Assembly (NCBI GenBank): GCA_045593725.1
Contig: JAZNXE010000009.1
Span: forward strand, 1 to 62,323
DNA length: 62,323 bases
From: Eubacteriales bacterium
GTDB taxonomy: Bacteria > Bacillota > Clostridia > Oscillospirales > CAG-272
Direction of reading: 5' to 3'
A model generated the notes under the pieces. It had not been told where the DNA came from, did not search any database, and was given only the letters and a program-made list of their open reading frames with translations. A program made the translations under genes and the position numbers. Positions 37,370-45,545 of this stretch are shown here, piece after piece (positions within the stretch are counted from its first letter, which is position 1; the number at the start of each line of letters is the position of its first letter).

Positions 37370-37661
37370 TGCCGCTCTCCTCAAAGGATACCGAGCATAT
37401 ACGCCCCTCAACGCCTACCGCTCCCATATTGTAGGAGGAACAGCGCAAAGCGTATCCCCTCACCGATATATGTCCTTCCTCGCGACCGAGGGATATCCGT
37501 ATTTCCTCGGGAGAATACAGAGTTATAGCTCCGCCCCCCGCTATTTTAACAAGATTTCTTCCGTGTATCTCCACGGAGGCGCTGTGAGGCAGAACCTCGG
37601 CGGGTATGTCAAGAGCGCGGAAAATGCGCTGGGAGAGAGGCTCTTTATCTTTTTCTTTCAT
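37359..37661 (-). CDS. yqfC: sporulation protein YqfC
   Basis: The ATG at 37661 has AAGGAG 6 nt upstream. The motifs LDIPAEVLPH, VEIHGRNLVKI and GAVGVEGRI are YqfC-like. Confidence 0.8.
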   Translation of the reverse strand: MKEKDKEPLSQRIFRALDIPAEVLPHSASVEIHGRNLVKIAGGGAITLYSPEEIRISLGREEGHISVRGYALRCSSYNMGAVGVEGRICSVSFEESGNEE

Positions 37662-37742
37662 AACAGCTCCTTGCATATTTTTATGATAATTACTGTAATA
37701 TTTAAGGGATGCAATTTATTTTATGCCTACGGAGGGTCGGTA

Positions 37743-38867
37743 ATGACCAAAGGAGAAAAAAGCCAAGCCCCCCAAAAACGTCTGTCGCGGGGTCAGACAC
37801 TTTTTTGTATAATGAGTACTGTGGCAATGCTTATAACCTTTAAGCTGTCGGACGTGGCGATAGAGGCAATGACAGAGGGGATGCGGCTGTGCGTTAATAC
37901 GGTAATACCCTCGCTGTTTCCCTTTATGGTCTTTTCCGAGCTGTTTATAGCCTCGGGAGCGGCGCAGGCGGTGGGAAGGTATCTCGCCGCGCCTCTCTCG
38001 TGGCTGTTTGATATATCGCGGGAGGGAGCGGCGGCGCTGCTCCTCGGCTTACTCTGCGGATTTCCCATTGGGAGCAGGAGCGCTATATCTCTTTACGAGC
38101 GCGGGCGGATAAGCAGGGGGGAGCTTGAGCATATCCTTGCCTTTTGCAATAATCCAAGCTCGGCTTTTCTTATAAGCGCGGTGGGAGTCAGTCTTTTCGG
38201 CTCCCGACAGCTTGGAGTGCTGTTTTATTCCGTACATATAATTTCGGCTTTTTCCGTAGGGCTTGTGAGCCGCCCCTATTTTTCGGCGAAGAAAAGAGAG
38301 GGGGAGTATTGCTCCGCGCAAAAGGGAATTGCCCACAGGCGAGAGGGCTTTATAGCGTCGCTCACGGGAGCGGTGAGCAATTCGGCGGGGAGTATGATTC
38401 TTATATGCGCCTTTGTGGTGTTTTTTTCTGCGGTGGTGGGATATCTCCGCTTTTTTGCCGCCCGCGGCAATATGCCCGAATGGGCTATGGCTCTAACCTT
38501 CGGATTTTTTGAGATGACGGGGGGAGTCAGCGCGGCGGCGGAGCTTCCCTTGAGAGTGGCTGTGCCTATGGCGGCGGCGCTCACGGGATGGTCGGGGCTG
38601 TCGGTAGCCTTTCAGTTCGTAGGACTGTGCAAGGAGCACCGGGTGTCCCTGCGCCCGTATTTTTTCTCAAAGATAGGAAGCGCTCTTATAAACGCACTTC
38701 TGGTGTGGAGCTTTATGAGGCTTTTTGGAGAACGCATTGTCTTCGGTGACGGGGGCAGTGTTTCCTCTCTGCTGCTTTTTTCGGGCAACCCCGTGGCGCT
38801 TCTGTCGGTAGCCCTTTTCGTAGGCGGCTGCGCCTTGCTTGCGGGAGAAATTCGGAAAAAGAGATAG
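37743..38867 (+). CDS. ylbJ: sporulation integral membrane protein YlbJ-like (nucleoside-recognition/Gate domains)
   Basis: I used the ATG at 37743, because the upstream part of the track ORF is antisense to yqfC and yqfD. The protein is polytopic, with VIPSLFPFMVFSE and GLLCGFPIG motifs. Confidence 0.7.
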   Translation: MTKGEKSQAPQKRLSRGQTLFCIMSTVAMLITFKLSDVAIEAMTEGMRLCVNTVIPSLFPFMVFSELFIASGAAQAVGRYLAAPLSWLFDISREGAAALLLGLLCGFPIGSRSAISLYERGRISRGELEHILAFCNNPSSAFLISAVGVSLFGSRQLGVLFYSVHIISAFSVGLVSRPYFSAKKREGEYCSAQKGIAHRREGFIASLTGAVSNSAGSMILICAFVVFFSAVVGYLRFFAARGNMPEWAMALTFGFFEMTGGVSAAAELPLRVAVPMAAALTGWSGLSVAFQFVGLCKEHRVSLRPYFFSKIGSALINALLVWSFMRLFGERIVFGDGGSVSSLLLFSGNPVALLSVALFVGGCALLAGEIRKKR

Positions 38868-38960
38868 CAGTGAGAGGTTCGGGTATTTATACCTTATCAT
38901 AGGCTGGTTTAATGCATTTTTGAATATATTCAATAAAAGCTCATATTTTGTAAAAATGTG

Positions 38961-38989
38961 TTGACAAAATCAAAAATATGTGATACAAT
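38961..38989 (+). promoter_or_regulatory. promoter of the glycine riboswitch / agcS unit
   Basis: TTGACA (38961-38966), a 17-nt spacer, then TACAAT (38984-38989), with an extended -10 TG. Confidence 0.65.
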
Positions 38990-39002
38990 AGGTCAAAATC
39001 CG

Positions 39003-39125
39003 ATGAAGCTCTCGGAATTCGCGAGAAGACCGATGGCTGAGGAGCTTTGGAGAATCCCGCCCGCGCGGGTGCCGAAGGTGCAAGGGAGCCGTTACTCCCG
39101 AATCTCTCAGGCAAAAGGACAGAGT
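39003..39125 (+). promoter_or_regulatory. glycine riboswitch (single complete aptamer)
   Basis: CTTTGGAGAA...GCCGAAGGTGCAAGGGAGCC...CTCTCAGGCAAAAGGACAG matches the GGAGA / CCGAAGG-GCAA / CTCAGGCAAAAGGAC glycine aptamer core. It lies upstream of an alanine/glycine symporter. A terminator-like hairpin with a T-run follows at 39164-39197. Confidence 0.8.
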
Positions 39126-39207
39126 GGCATATATTTTTGTGTGTAATAATGTCTTATTTTTCAAAGCTGCCTTATCGGCGGCTTTATTTCATTTTTAGGA
39201 GGCTTTT

Positions 39208-40644
39208 ATGGAAGCTATTCAGAATTTTCTTCTCCCAATAGTTGTAGAGATAAACACTAATCTCTCTAACTATATTCTTCTTTTTCTTTTGGTAGGGGTA
39301 GGTCTTTTCTTTACCGTAAGAACGAGATTTGTCCAGATACGTTGCTTTGGAGAGGGCATGAAAAGGGTATTTGGCGGTATATTTTCCAATAAAAACAAGG
39401 ATAAGAAGGGCGGTCTTTCCTCCTTTCAGGCACTCGCTACCGCTATCGCGGCTCAGGTAGGTACGGGTAATATCGTCGGCGCCTGCGGCGCTATCCTTAT
39501 AGGCGGCCCCGGCGCTATCTTCTGGATGTGGGTCATCGCCTTCTTCGGTATGGCTACAATCTATGCCGAGGCTGTTCTTGCTCAGGAAACAAAGGTGGTA
39601 CAGGCTGACCGAAGCGTTCTCGGAGGACCTGTTTACTACATTAAGAGAGCTTTTAAGGGCTGGTTCGGTAAATTTATGGCAGGCTTCTTTGCGGTTGCTA
39701 CCATCCTTGCTCTGGGATGCATGGGCGCTATGGTTCAGTCCAACGCTATTTCCTCGGCTGTAAGCACCGCTACCAACAGCACCGTTCCCGTATGGGCGGT
39801 AGGCTTGGTCCTCGCCGCTATATGCGCTATCATCTTCATCGGTGGTATCAAGCGAATTGCCTCGGTTGCTGAAAAGGTAGTTCCCGTAATGGCGGTAGGC
39901 TACATAGCTGTGGGCATTATTATTCTTGCTATCAACGTTACCAAGATCCCCGCAACCTTCGGTATGATATTCAGATATGCATTTGATACCAGCGCCATAA
40001 TCGGCGGTGGTATTGGAGCTATATTTACCGCTATGACTCAGGGGGCAAAGCGCGGACTTTTCTCCAACGAGGCAGGTATGGGTTCAACACCTCACGCACA
40101 CGCTCAGGCAGAGGTAAAGGCTCCTCACGAGCAGGGTGTAGTTGCTATGATAGGTGTGTTCATAGACACCTTCGTGGTTCTTACAATAACAGCTCTCGTA
40201 GTTATTTCTACCCTTTACGTGGGCGACAGTCCTTTGATGTCGGGCGGTATTATTACCGACGTTACGGCAGGACTTGTAGGTGTCGATAAGAACAATCTTA
40301 TGCAGACTGCGGTAGGACAGGCATTTGGAAGTCCTATGGCGGGTAACATCATCATTGCCGTATGCCTTACCTTCTTTGCGTTTACTACCATAATAAGCTG
40401 GAATTTCTTCGGTAAGCAGAACGTTCAGTATTTGTTTGGCAAGAAGGCAACGGTAGTATATTCGGTAATCGCTATCGGATTTATATTCCTTGGCTCCTGC
40501 TTGAAGAACGACCTGGTTTGGGAGCTTACTGACATGTTTAATAACCTGATGGTAATCCCTAACGCAATAACCCTTTTGGTTCTTTCGGGCATAGTTGTGG
40601 CTTCTGTTAAGGCAGCGAAGGCAAGAAGGAAGAACAAGGATTGA
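39208..40644 (+). CDS. alanine/glycine:cation symporter (AGCS family)
   Basis: SSFQALATAIAAQVGTGNIVG and SNEAGMGS are AGCS signatures. The protein is polytopic. Confidence 0.9.
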   Translation: MEAIQNFLLPIVVEINTNLSNYILLFLLVGVGLFFTVRTRFVQIRCFGEGMKRVFGGIFSNKNKDKKGGLSSFQALATAIAAQVGTGNIVGACGAILIGGPGAIFWMWVIAFFGMATIYAEAVLAQETKVVQADRSVLGGPVYYIKRAFKGWFGKFMAGFFAVATILALGCMGAMVQSNAISSAVSTATNSTVPVWAVGLVLAAICAIIFIGGIKRIASVAEKVVPVMAVGYIAVGIIILAINVTKIPATFGMIFRYAFDTSAIIGGGIGAIFTAMTQGAKRGLFSNEAGMGSTPHAHAQAEVKAPHEQGVVAMIGVFIDTFVVLTITALVVISTLYVGDSPLMSGGIITDVTAGLVGVDKNNLMQTAVGQAFGSPMAGNIIIAVCLTFFAFTTIISWNFFGKQNVQYLFGKKATVVYSVIAIGFIFLGSCLKNDLVWELTDMFNNLMVIPNAITLLVLSGIVVASVKAAKARRKNKD

Positions 40645-40664
40645 TAAGGCTGAGTAAATAAAAC

Positions 40665-40707
40665 AAAAAGAACTTGGAAATAGGGTCGTACCCTAAAGGA
40701 CAGTTTT
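40665..40707. repeat. left arm of 43-bp inverted-repeat pair
   Basis: AAAAAGAACTTGGAAATAGGGTCGTACCCTAAAGGACAGTTTT. The reverse complement of 41660-41703 differs at only about 3 positions. Confidence 0.8.
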
Positions 40708-40729
40708 ACCTGCCGACAGAAAAAAGCAG

Positions 40730-40760
40730 AAACCGCAGATTGATTTTCTGCGGTTTTTGT
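40730..40760 (+). terminator. intrinsic terminator of the symporter gene
   Basis: AAACCGCAGA ttgatt TCTGCGGTTT followed by TT. Confidence 0.75.
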
Positions 40761-40863
40761 GTTATAACAAGGGTAGCGGACTAAACTTGATTCATTTGTT
40801 AAACAAAAGCGAAACTTTAATAAATCCGACAGATAAATAGGAATTTGAAAGGAAGTGATTTGA

Positions 40864-41067
40864 GTGTCTAAAAAAACTGATAAGAAATCTTTGGCTATCC
40901 TTGCCTTGCCTATAGGTATATCATTAGGTATTAGTGTTGGTATAATGTTTGGCTCCTTTGCTGGAAATATTCCAATGGGTCTGTGCTTTGGAGTAATGGG
41001 TGGTGCAATAATTGGTCTATTTGCCTTTGGTTTGTTGTATTCGATTTTAAATAAGAAAGACAAGTAA
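40864..41067 (+). CDS. small two-TM glycine-zipper membrane protein (hypothetical)
   Basis: The ORF is 67 aa with a GTG start, and AAAGGAAG lies 8 nt upstream. Two hydrophobic helices are rich in GxxxG. Confidence 0.4.
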   Translation: MSKKTDKKSLAILALPIGISLGISVGIMFGSFAGNIPMGLCFGVMGGAIIGLFAFGLLYSILNKKDK

Positions 41068-41108
41068 ACTCCAATTTGGCGATAAATATGGAAAAGCTAA
41101 GCGGTAAA

Positions 41109-41560
41109 AGCCTCCCTTGTGTAAAGGGAGGTGGCACGCGGAGCGTGACGGAGGGATTGGAATGCAGAGAAAACATAATAAAGACATCGTTCCAACAGCA
41201 AAAATGCTGCGCAAGAATATGACCAAAGAAGAAAAACATCTTTGGTATGATTTTCTACGCGCCTATCCGATTCGCTTTTCCCGCCAAAAGGTTCTCGGAA
41301 GGTATATTGCGGATTTTTACTGTGCAGAGGCAAAGCTTGTTATTGAGCTTGACGGCTCGGGACATTATACCGAGGAAGGAAAGCAATATGATGAAGAAAG
41401 AACCGCTTTTCTTGAAGAATACGGTTTGACAGTTGTTAGAATACCGAATACGGAAATACATAAAAACTTTCGGGGTGTTTGCGAATATATTGACCACATC
41501 GTAGAACAATCCCTCAGTCAGCTTCGCTGACAGCTCCCTTTACACAAGGGAGCCTTTTTT
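41109..41560 (+). mobile_element. DUF559 gene enclosed by palindromic four-hairpin arms (putative selfish cassette)
   Basis: The 5' arm (41109-41160) and 3' arm (41507-41560) have mirror-image hairpin sets. The cassette is AT-richer than its flanks. A miniature copy lies at 30367-30482. Confidence 0.4.
41162..41530 (+). CDS. DUF559 endonuclease-domain protein (Vsr-like, restriction-endonuclease-like fold)
   Basis: The ATG is at 41162. ARKLRKNMT-type N-terminus (AKMLRKNMTKEEKHLWYDFLR), FYCAEAKLVIELDGSGH and VVRIPNTEI are present. Confidence 0.85.
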   Translation: MQRKHNKDIVPTAKMLRKNMTKEEKHLWYDFLRAYPIRFSRQKVLGRYIADFYCAEAKLVIELDGSGHYTEEGKQYDEERTAFLEEYGLTVVRIPNTEIHKNFRGVCEYIDHIVEQSLSQLR

Positions 41561-41659
41561 AGTTCATCTATGACTTGTCAATTTTTCTGACAAGCACTGC
41601 ATTTGTGTCCACAAACGCAAAATACGGCATACCTCTTTCGAGATATACCGTATTTCTTA

Positions 41660-41703
41660 AAAACTGTCCTTTAGGGTACAGTCCTATTTTCCAAGTTCTT
41701 TTT
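41660..41703. repeat. right arm of 43-bp inverted-repeat pair
   Basis: AAAACTGTCCTTTAGGGTACAGTCCTATTTTCCAAGTTCTTTTT. It abuts or overlaps the stop codon of rqcH. Confidence 0.8.
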
Positions 41704-43462
41704 ATTTCTTTCTGAGGGCTGCTATTTTTTCGGCATCCGGGGTTACGTAAGCCGTCCAGTTGGTGTGGTATATGACAAATCCGGGCTTTGACCCCGCTAC
41801 ACGCTTAACGTTCTTGGCAAGAGTGTAGTCAACCGCTATATTCGCGCCCTCAGCGCCCGAGTAGTAGGCGGCTATCTCTGCCGCTGTGGTAAAATCGAGG
41901 TCGGTAGGCTCTCTGCCATCGGTTACGAGAAGCACGTGGGAGCCGTGGGTCTGCTTTGCGTGAAACCAATAATCCTGCTTTTCGGCAAGGCGGTGGGTTA
42001 TATATTCGTTTTGCAGATTATTCTTTCCGCAGAGCACCTTCATTCCGTCGGGAGTTTCAAATTGCATTACAGCAGGATTTTTCTGCTTATGGGAAGCGGT
42101 GTAAGTTTTCATTTTTGAAGCGTAGCCCGAGCGGTAAAGCTCGTCCCGTATCTCAAGAAGGTCGGCGGGGGATTCCGCCTTGGTCAGTGCCCCAAATACA
42201 GTGTAGATATACTCAAGCTCGTTCTTCCCAATTTCAATCTGCTTGGCAAGCTCTATCTTGGCGGTCTTGCTTTTGGCGTATTTTTTGTAATACCGCTGAG
42301 CGTTTGCGGCGGGGGTAAGACGCGCGTCAAGCTCTATACGCACCACGGGACAGTTGCCCTCTTCGTCCATGCTCTCCCAGTCCTCAAGCTCGGCGATGGC
42401 AGTCTTTCTCTCTAAGCGGTAGATGTTGGCGGTGAGTAGGTCGCCGTATTTTCTGTACTTTTCTCCCTCCTCACACGCCCTAAGCTCTGCGCTTTGAAGC
42501 TCCAGCTTCTTTTTTAGTCGGCTTTCGGCGTTGGTCAGCAGGCGGAGAATATCCGAGGCGCGCTGATGCACTCTTTGCTTGTTATCACGACCTGCGAAAT
42601 ATGTGTCGAGAAGCTTACCCGCGCTTGAGAAATCGCGCCTTTCGTAGCTTCCGTACTGGTACAGGGGCATAAAGGAATATTCCACGCATTCATCACCGTT
42701 AAGAATCAGGCAGGGAGAAAAACGCTCCTCCTTTATTATCTGCGTAACGCGGGAAAAATCCTTGTAAATATCCTCGGGGAAGCAATAACCCACGGGGGTA
42801 TCGGTGTGAGCCGTTGATGAAAAGACTATTTCTCTTGCCACTACGGGAGAAATACCCGAAAAGGTGCTGACAAGAAATTTATCACAGGGCTTTTCCTTGG
42901 GGGCAGAGGCGAAAAGTGAAAGGAAATCCTCCCTTTCCACCGTAAGCGGATTTACCTTATCTCCCTGAGAGGGGAGGGTGTAGGTCACCCCGGGGATGAG
43001 CTGACGCGCGCTGTCAAAGGAAAAATCGGTGGTACGCAGAGCGGTTATTACCTTTTTGTTTCCGTCTGCGAATATAAGATTGCTGTATTTGCCCATAAGC
43101 TCGGCGATAAGATATCGCTTACACTCAAAGCCCATTTCGTCCCTTGTGTCAAAGCCGAGAAAAGCCACTCGGTCAAAGTCCGCCTGACTTATCTCGGTAA
43201 GCTTTGCCCCCTGGAGATATTTTCTCAGGAGCATACAGAACATAGGAGGGTTTTGGGGGTTTTCCTTAGGGGCTTCGGTGAAGCTGATACGGGGGTTATT
43301 AGAGCCGGCATTAATGAGCAGACGCTTTCCTCCCTCAAAGCTTCGCATCTGAAGCAGTATCTCGTCGCGCTCGGGCTGATATACCTTTTCAATTCTTGCG
43401 CCCAAGGCTGCCTCTCTTAGCTCAGAGAGGGTACAAGAGAGCATTCCCGCGTCAAATGCCAT
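41702..43462 (-). CDS. rqcH: ribosome quality-control protein RqcH (NFACT / FbpA family)
   Basis: The NFACT-N start is MAFDAGM. A coiled-coil middle and an NFACT-R/DUF814 C-terminus (HAKQTHGSHVLL) follow. Confidence 0.85.
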   Translation of the reverse strand: MAFDAGMLSCTLSELREAALGARIEKVYQPERDEILLQMRSFEGGKRLLINAGSNNPRISFTEAPKENPQNPPMFCMLLRKYLQGAKLTEISQADFDRVAFLGFDTRDEMGFECKRYLIAELMGKYSNLIFADGNKKVITALRTTDFSFDSARQLIPGVTYTLPSQGDKVNPLTVEREDFLSLFASAPKEKPCDKFLVSTFSGISPVVAREIVFSSTAHTDTPVGYCFPEDIYKDFSRVTQIIKEERFSPCLILNGDECVEYSFMPLYQYGSYERRDFSSAGKLLDTYFAGRDNKQRVHQRASDILRLLTNAESRLKKKLELQSAELRACEEGEKYRKYGDLLTANIYRLERKTAIAELEDWESMDEEGNCPVVRIELDARLTPAANAQRYYKKYAKSKTAKIELAKQIEIGKNELEYIYTVFGALTKAESPADLLEIRDELYRSGYASKMKTYTASHKQKNPAVMQFETPDGMKVLCGKNNLQNEYITHRLAEKQDYWFHAKQTHGSHVLLVTDGREPTDLDFTTAAEIAAYYSGAEGANIAVDYTLAKNVKRVAGSKPGFVIYHTNWTAYVTPDAEKIAALRKK

Positions 43463-43485
43463 AGTTCAAAAATTCCTTTCTGTAA

Positions 43486-44301
43486 TCAGCCGAACATCAG
43501 TCGGTTTACTTCGGCGAGAGAATCAAATATAAAATCGGGTCTGTCCTCCTCACACGCGGCGTCAACGTCGGCGAGTTGAGTTTCACCCGAAAGGACCAGC
43601 ACAGAGCATACGCCAAAGCTCTTGCCCAGCGCGATATCGGTGTAAAGTCTGTCGCCGAATATGCACATCTCGCTGTTGTCAAAGCCCGTCGCCTCTCCTA
43701 TCATTTCAACCGTTTCCTTATAGGGCTTTCCGAAGTATGTAGGAGTCTTGCCTGTGGAGGCGGTGACCAGAGCCGCAATAGCTCCGCTGTCGGGAATAAA
43801 TCCGTCCTCGGTGGGGCAGTTGAGGTCGGGGTGAGTGGAGAGATACTCCGCGCCGTTCCTTATAAGACGGCAGGCGATATTGAGCTTTTCGTAGGTAAGC
43901 GTAGTATCAAAGCCTGTAATAACTATGTCCGCCCCGGTTGGGTTTTCTGCAACGCCGTTAAGCACCTTTATTCCTTTTGCTCTGTATTCCTCAATAAGCT
44001 CATCGGTGGCTACCATATACACCGATTTTGTTGCTCTGTATCTGTTGAGAAATTCAAATGTAACGTCCCCTGAGGTCATTATCTCATCGGCGGTAGGCTC
44101 ATAGCCCATTCGGGTGAGCTTCTCCAGATAGAAGGGAGAGGTGTGGGAGGCATTGTTTGTAAAAAAGAGCACTTTTTTGCCGCTCTTGCGAAGATTTTTG
44201 ATAAATTCTATTGCGAAACCGAAGGGAATCCCTCCGAGATATATAGTGCCGTCCATATCAAAGATAAACAGCTTTTTGTCTTTTATTACGTTGATATCCA
44301 T
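43486..44301 (-). CDS. HAD-IIA family hydrolase (NagD/YutF-like)
   Basis: Motif I is FIFDMDGT. FFTNNAS and GDRLYTDI are also present. Confidence 0.85.
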   Translation of the reverse strand: MDINVIKDKKLFIFDMDGTIYLGGIPFGFAIEFIKNLRKSGKKVLFFTNNASHTSPFYLEKLTRMGYEPTADEIMTSGDVTFEFLNRYRATKSVYMVATDELIEEYRAKGIKVLNGVAENPTGADIVITGFDTTLTYEKLNIACRLIRNGAEYLSTHPDLNCPTEDGFIPDSGAIAALVTASTGKTPTYFGKPYKETVEMIGEATGFDNSEMCIFGDRLYTDIALGKSFGVCSVLVLSGETQLADVDAACEEDRPDFIFDSLAEVNRLMFG

Positions 44302-44414
44302 TAAAATTCTCCCAAAAATATCTTGAGGATATTATATCATATTATTGATTTTTTTTCAACCGTGTGTTATAATTATTTTATAGTATGTGCCAAATACAAC
44401 GTTTGGAGGTAGAA

Positions 44415-45278
44415 ATGCGGACTGTCATAGGAATAGATATTGGCGGAAGCACCACTAAGATAGTAGGACTTCGCACCGACGGCGCGGGTAATGCCACGCT
44501 TATAGAGCCTTTGTTTGTAAGAGCCACCGACGCGGTTACGTCTGTGTACGGGGCATTCGGAAGGTTTACTATGGAGAACGGAATCGGGCTTGAGGATATA
44601 GACCGGGTGCTTATGACCGGTGTTGGCTCTTCCTTTATAGATAAGCCCTTATACTCTCTTGAGTGTGAGAAGGTATCCGAATTTCGCTCGGTAGGCAAGG
44701 GAGGTCTTTATCTTTCGGGGCTTGACGAGGCAATAGTAGTAAGCATGGGCACGGGAACGGCGCTGATGCACGCAAAAAAGGTAGGCGGTGAGATACATAC
44801 CGATTATCTTGGAGGAACGGGAGTCGGCGGAGGAACGCTTATAGGACTTTCGAGAAAAATGCTTGGGGTAGATAACATAGAGCATTTTGAACAGCTTTGC
44901 GAGGACGGCGACCTTGGAAATATAGACCTTCGTATAAAGGATATGTCAAGCGACCACAGCTTCCAGATAAACGACGAGATAACGGCGTCAAACTTCGGTA
45001 AGCTTTCCGACCTTGCTACGCCCAGTGATATAGCCCTCGGTATTGCCAATATGGTGGGAGAAACCATTGCTATGCTTGCGGTGTTTTCTGCCAGAAGCTT
45101 TGGCATAAAGGATGTGGTGCTTACCGGAAACCTTACGGCGATTAAGGCTGTCGCGCGGGTTTTTGAGGGACTTGAAAGTATGTTTGGCGTAAAATTTATA
45201 ATTCCCGAAAAATCTCAATTTGCAACGGTTATCGGCGCTGCGCTTTGCGACAGCGATAAAAAGGGCGAAAATGAGTAA
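44415..45278 (+). CDS. coaW: type II pantothenate kinase
   Basis: The ATG at 44415 follows GGAGG. IGIDIGGSTTKIV, GGTGVGGGTLIGL, NIDLRIKDM and ASNFGK parallel Staphylococcus CoaW. Confidence 0.8.
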   Translation: MRTVIGIDIGGSTTKIVGLRTDGAGNATLIEPLFVRATDAVTSVYGAFGRFTMENGIGLEDIDRVLMTGVGSSFIDKPLYSLECEKVSEFRSVGKGGLYLSGLDEAIVVSMGTGTALMHAKKVGGEIHTDYLGGTGVGGGTLIGLSRKMLGVDNIEHFEQLCEDGDLGNIDLRIKDMSSDHSFQINDEITASNFGKLSDLATPSDIALGIANMVGETIAMLAVFSARSFGIKDVVLTGNLTAIKAVARVFEGLESMFGVKFIIPEKSQFATVIGAALCDSDKKGENE

Positions 45279-45309
45279 AAATATATCCCCTCGGCTATGC
45301 CAAGGGGAA

Positions 45310-45542
45310 GGGGCTGTCTCATTAAGATGCAGAAGTCGCGAAAGCCTTCTCGTCGGCGTACAAAGGTACGCCAGAGAGCGTTTTCGCGGCTAAAAAACAC
45401 AAATAAAAATGAAATTTGAAAGGTTTACCTTGAAAATTTCTACACAAAAACCGCTTTCACTATCGTCCTTTGATAGCAAAAGCGGCTTTTTTATCCTTTA
45501 TTTGCTTGTGCGTTTTTGTTCTGCGCTAAGTGACACAGCTCC
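45310..45542. repeat. MITE-like element, copy 2 (carries an extra 57-nt internal hairpin insert at 45335-45391)
   Basis: It has the same core and terminator hairpin as 17185-17356. The terminal repeats are GGGGCTGTCTCATTAAGATGCAGAA ... TTCTGCGCTAAGTGACACAGCTCC. Confidence 0.7.
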
Positions 45543-45545
45543 AGA

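Noticed and set aside
37257-37742. N-terminal 162 codons of the 536-aa track ORF preceding ylbJ
   Set aside because: This part is antisense to yqfC and yqfD. The YlbJ-like sequence begins at the ATG at 37743.
39003-39045. First aptamer of a tandem glycine riboswitch
   Set aside because: It lacks the CCGAAGG-GCAA core, so I interpret it as a ghost or stabilising stem rather than a second aptamer.
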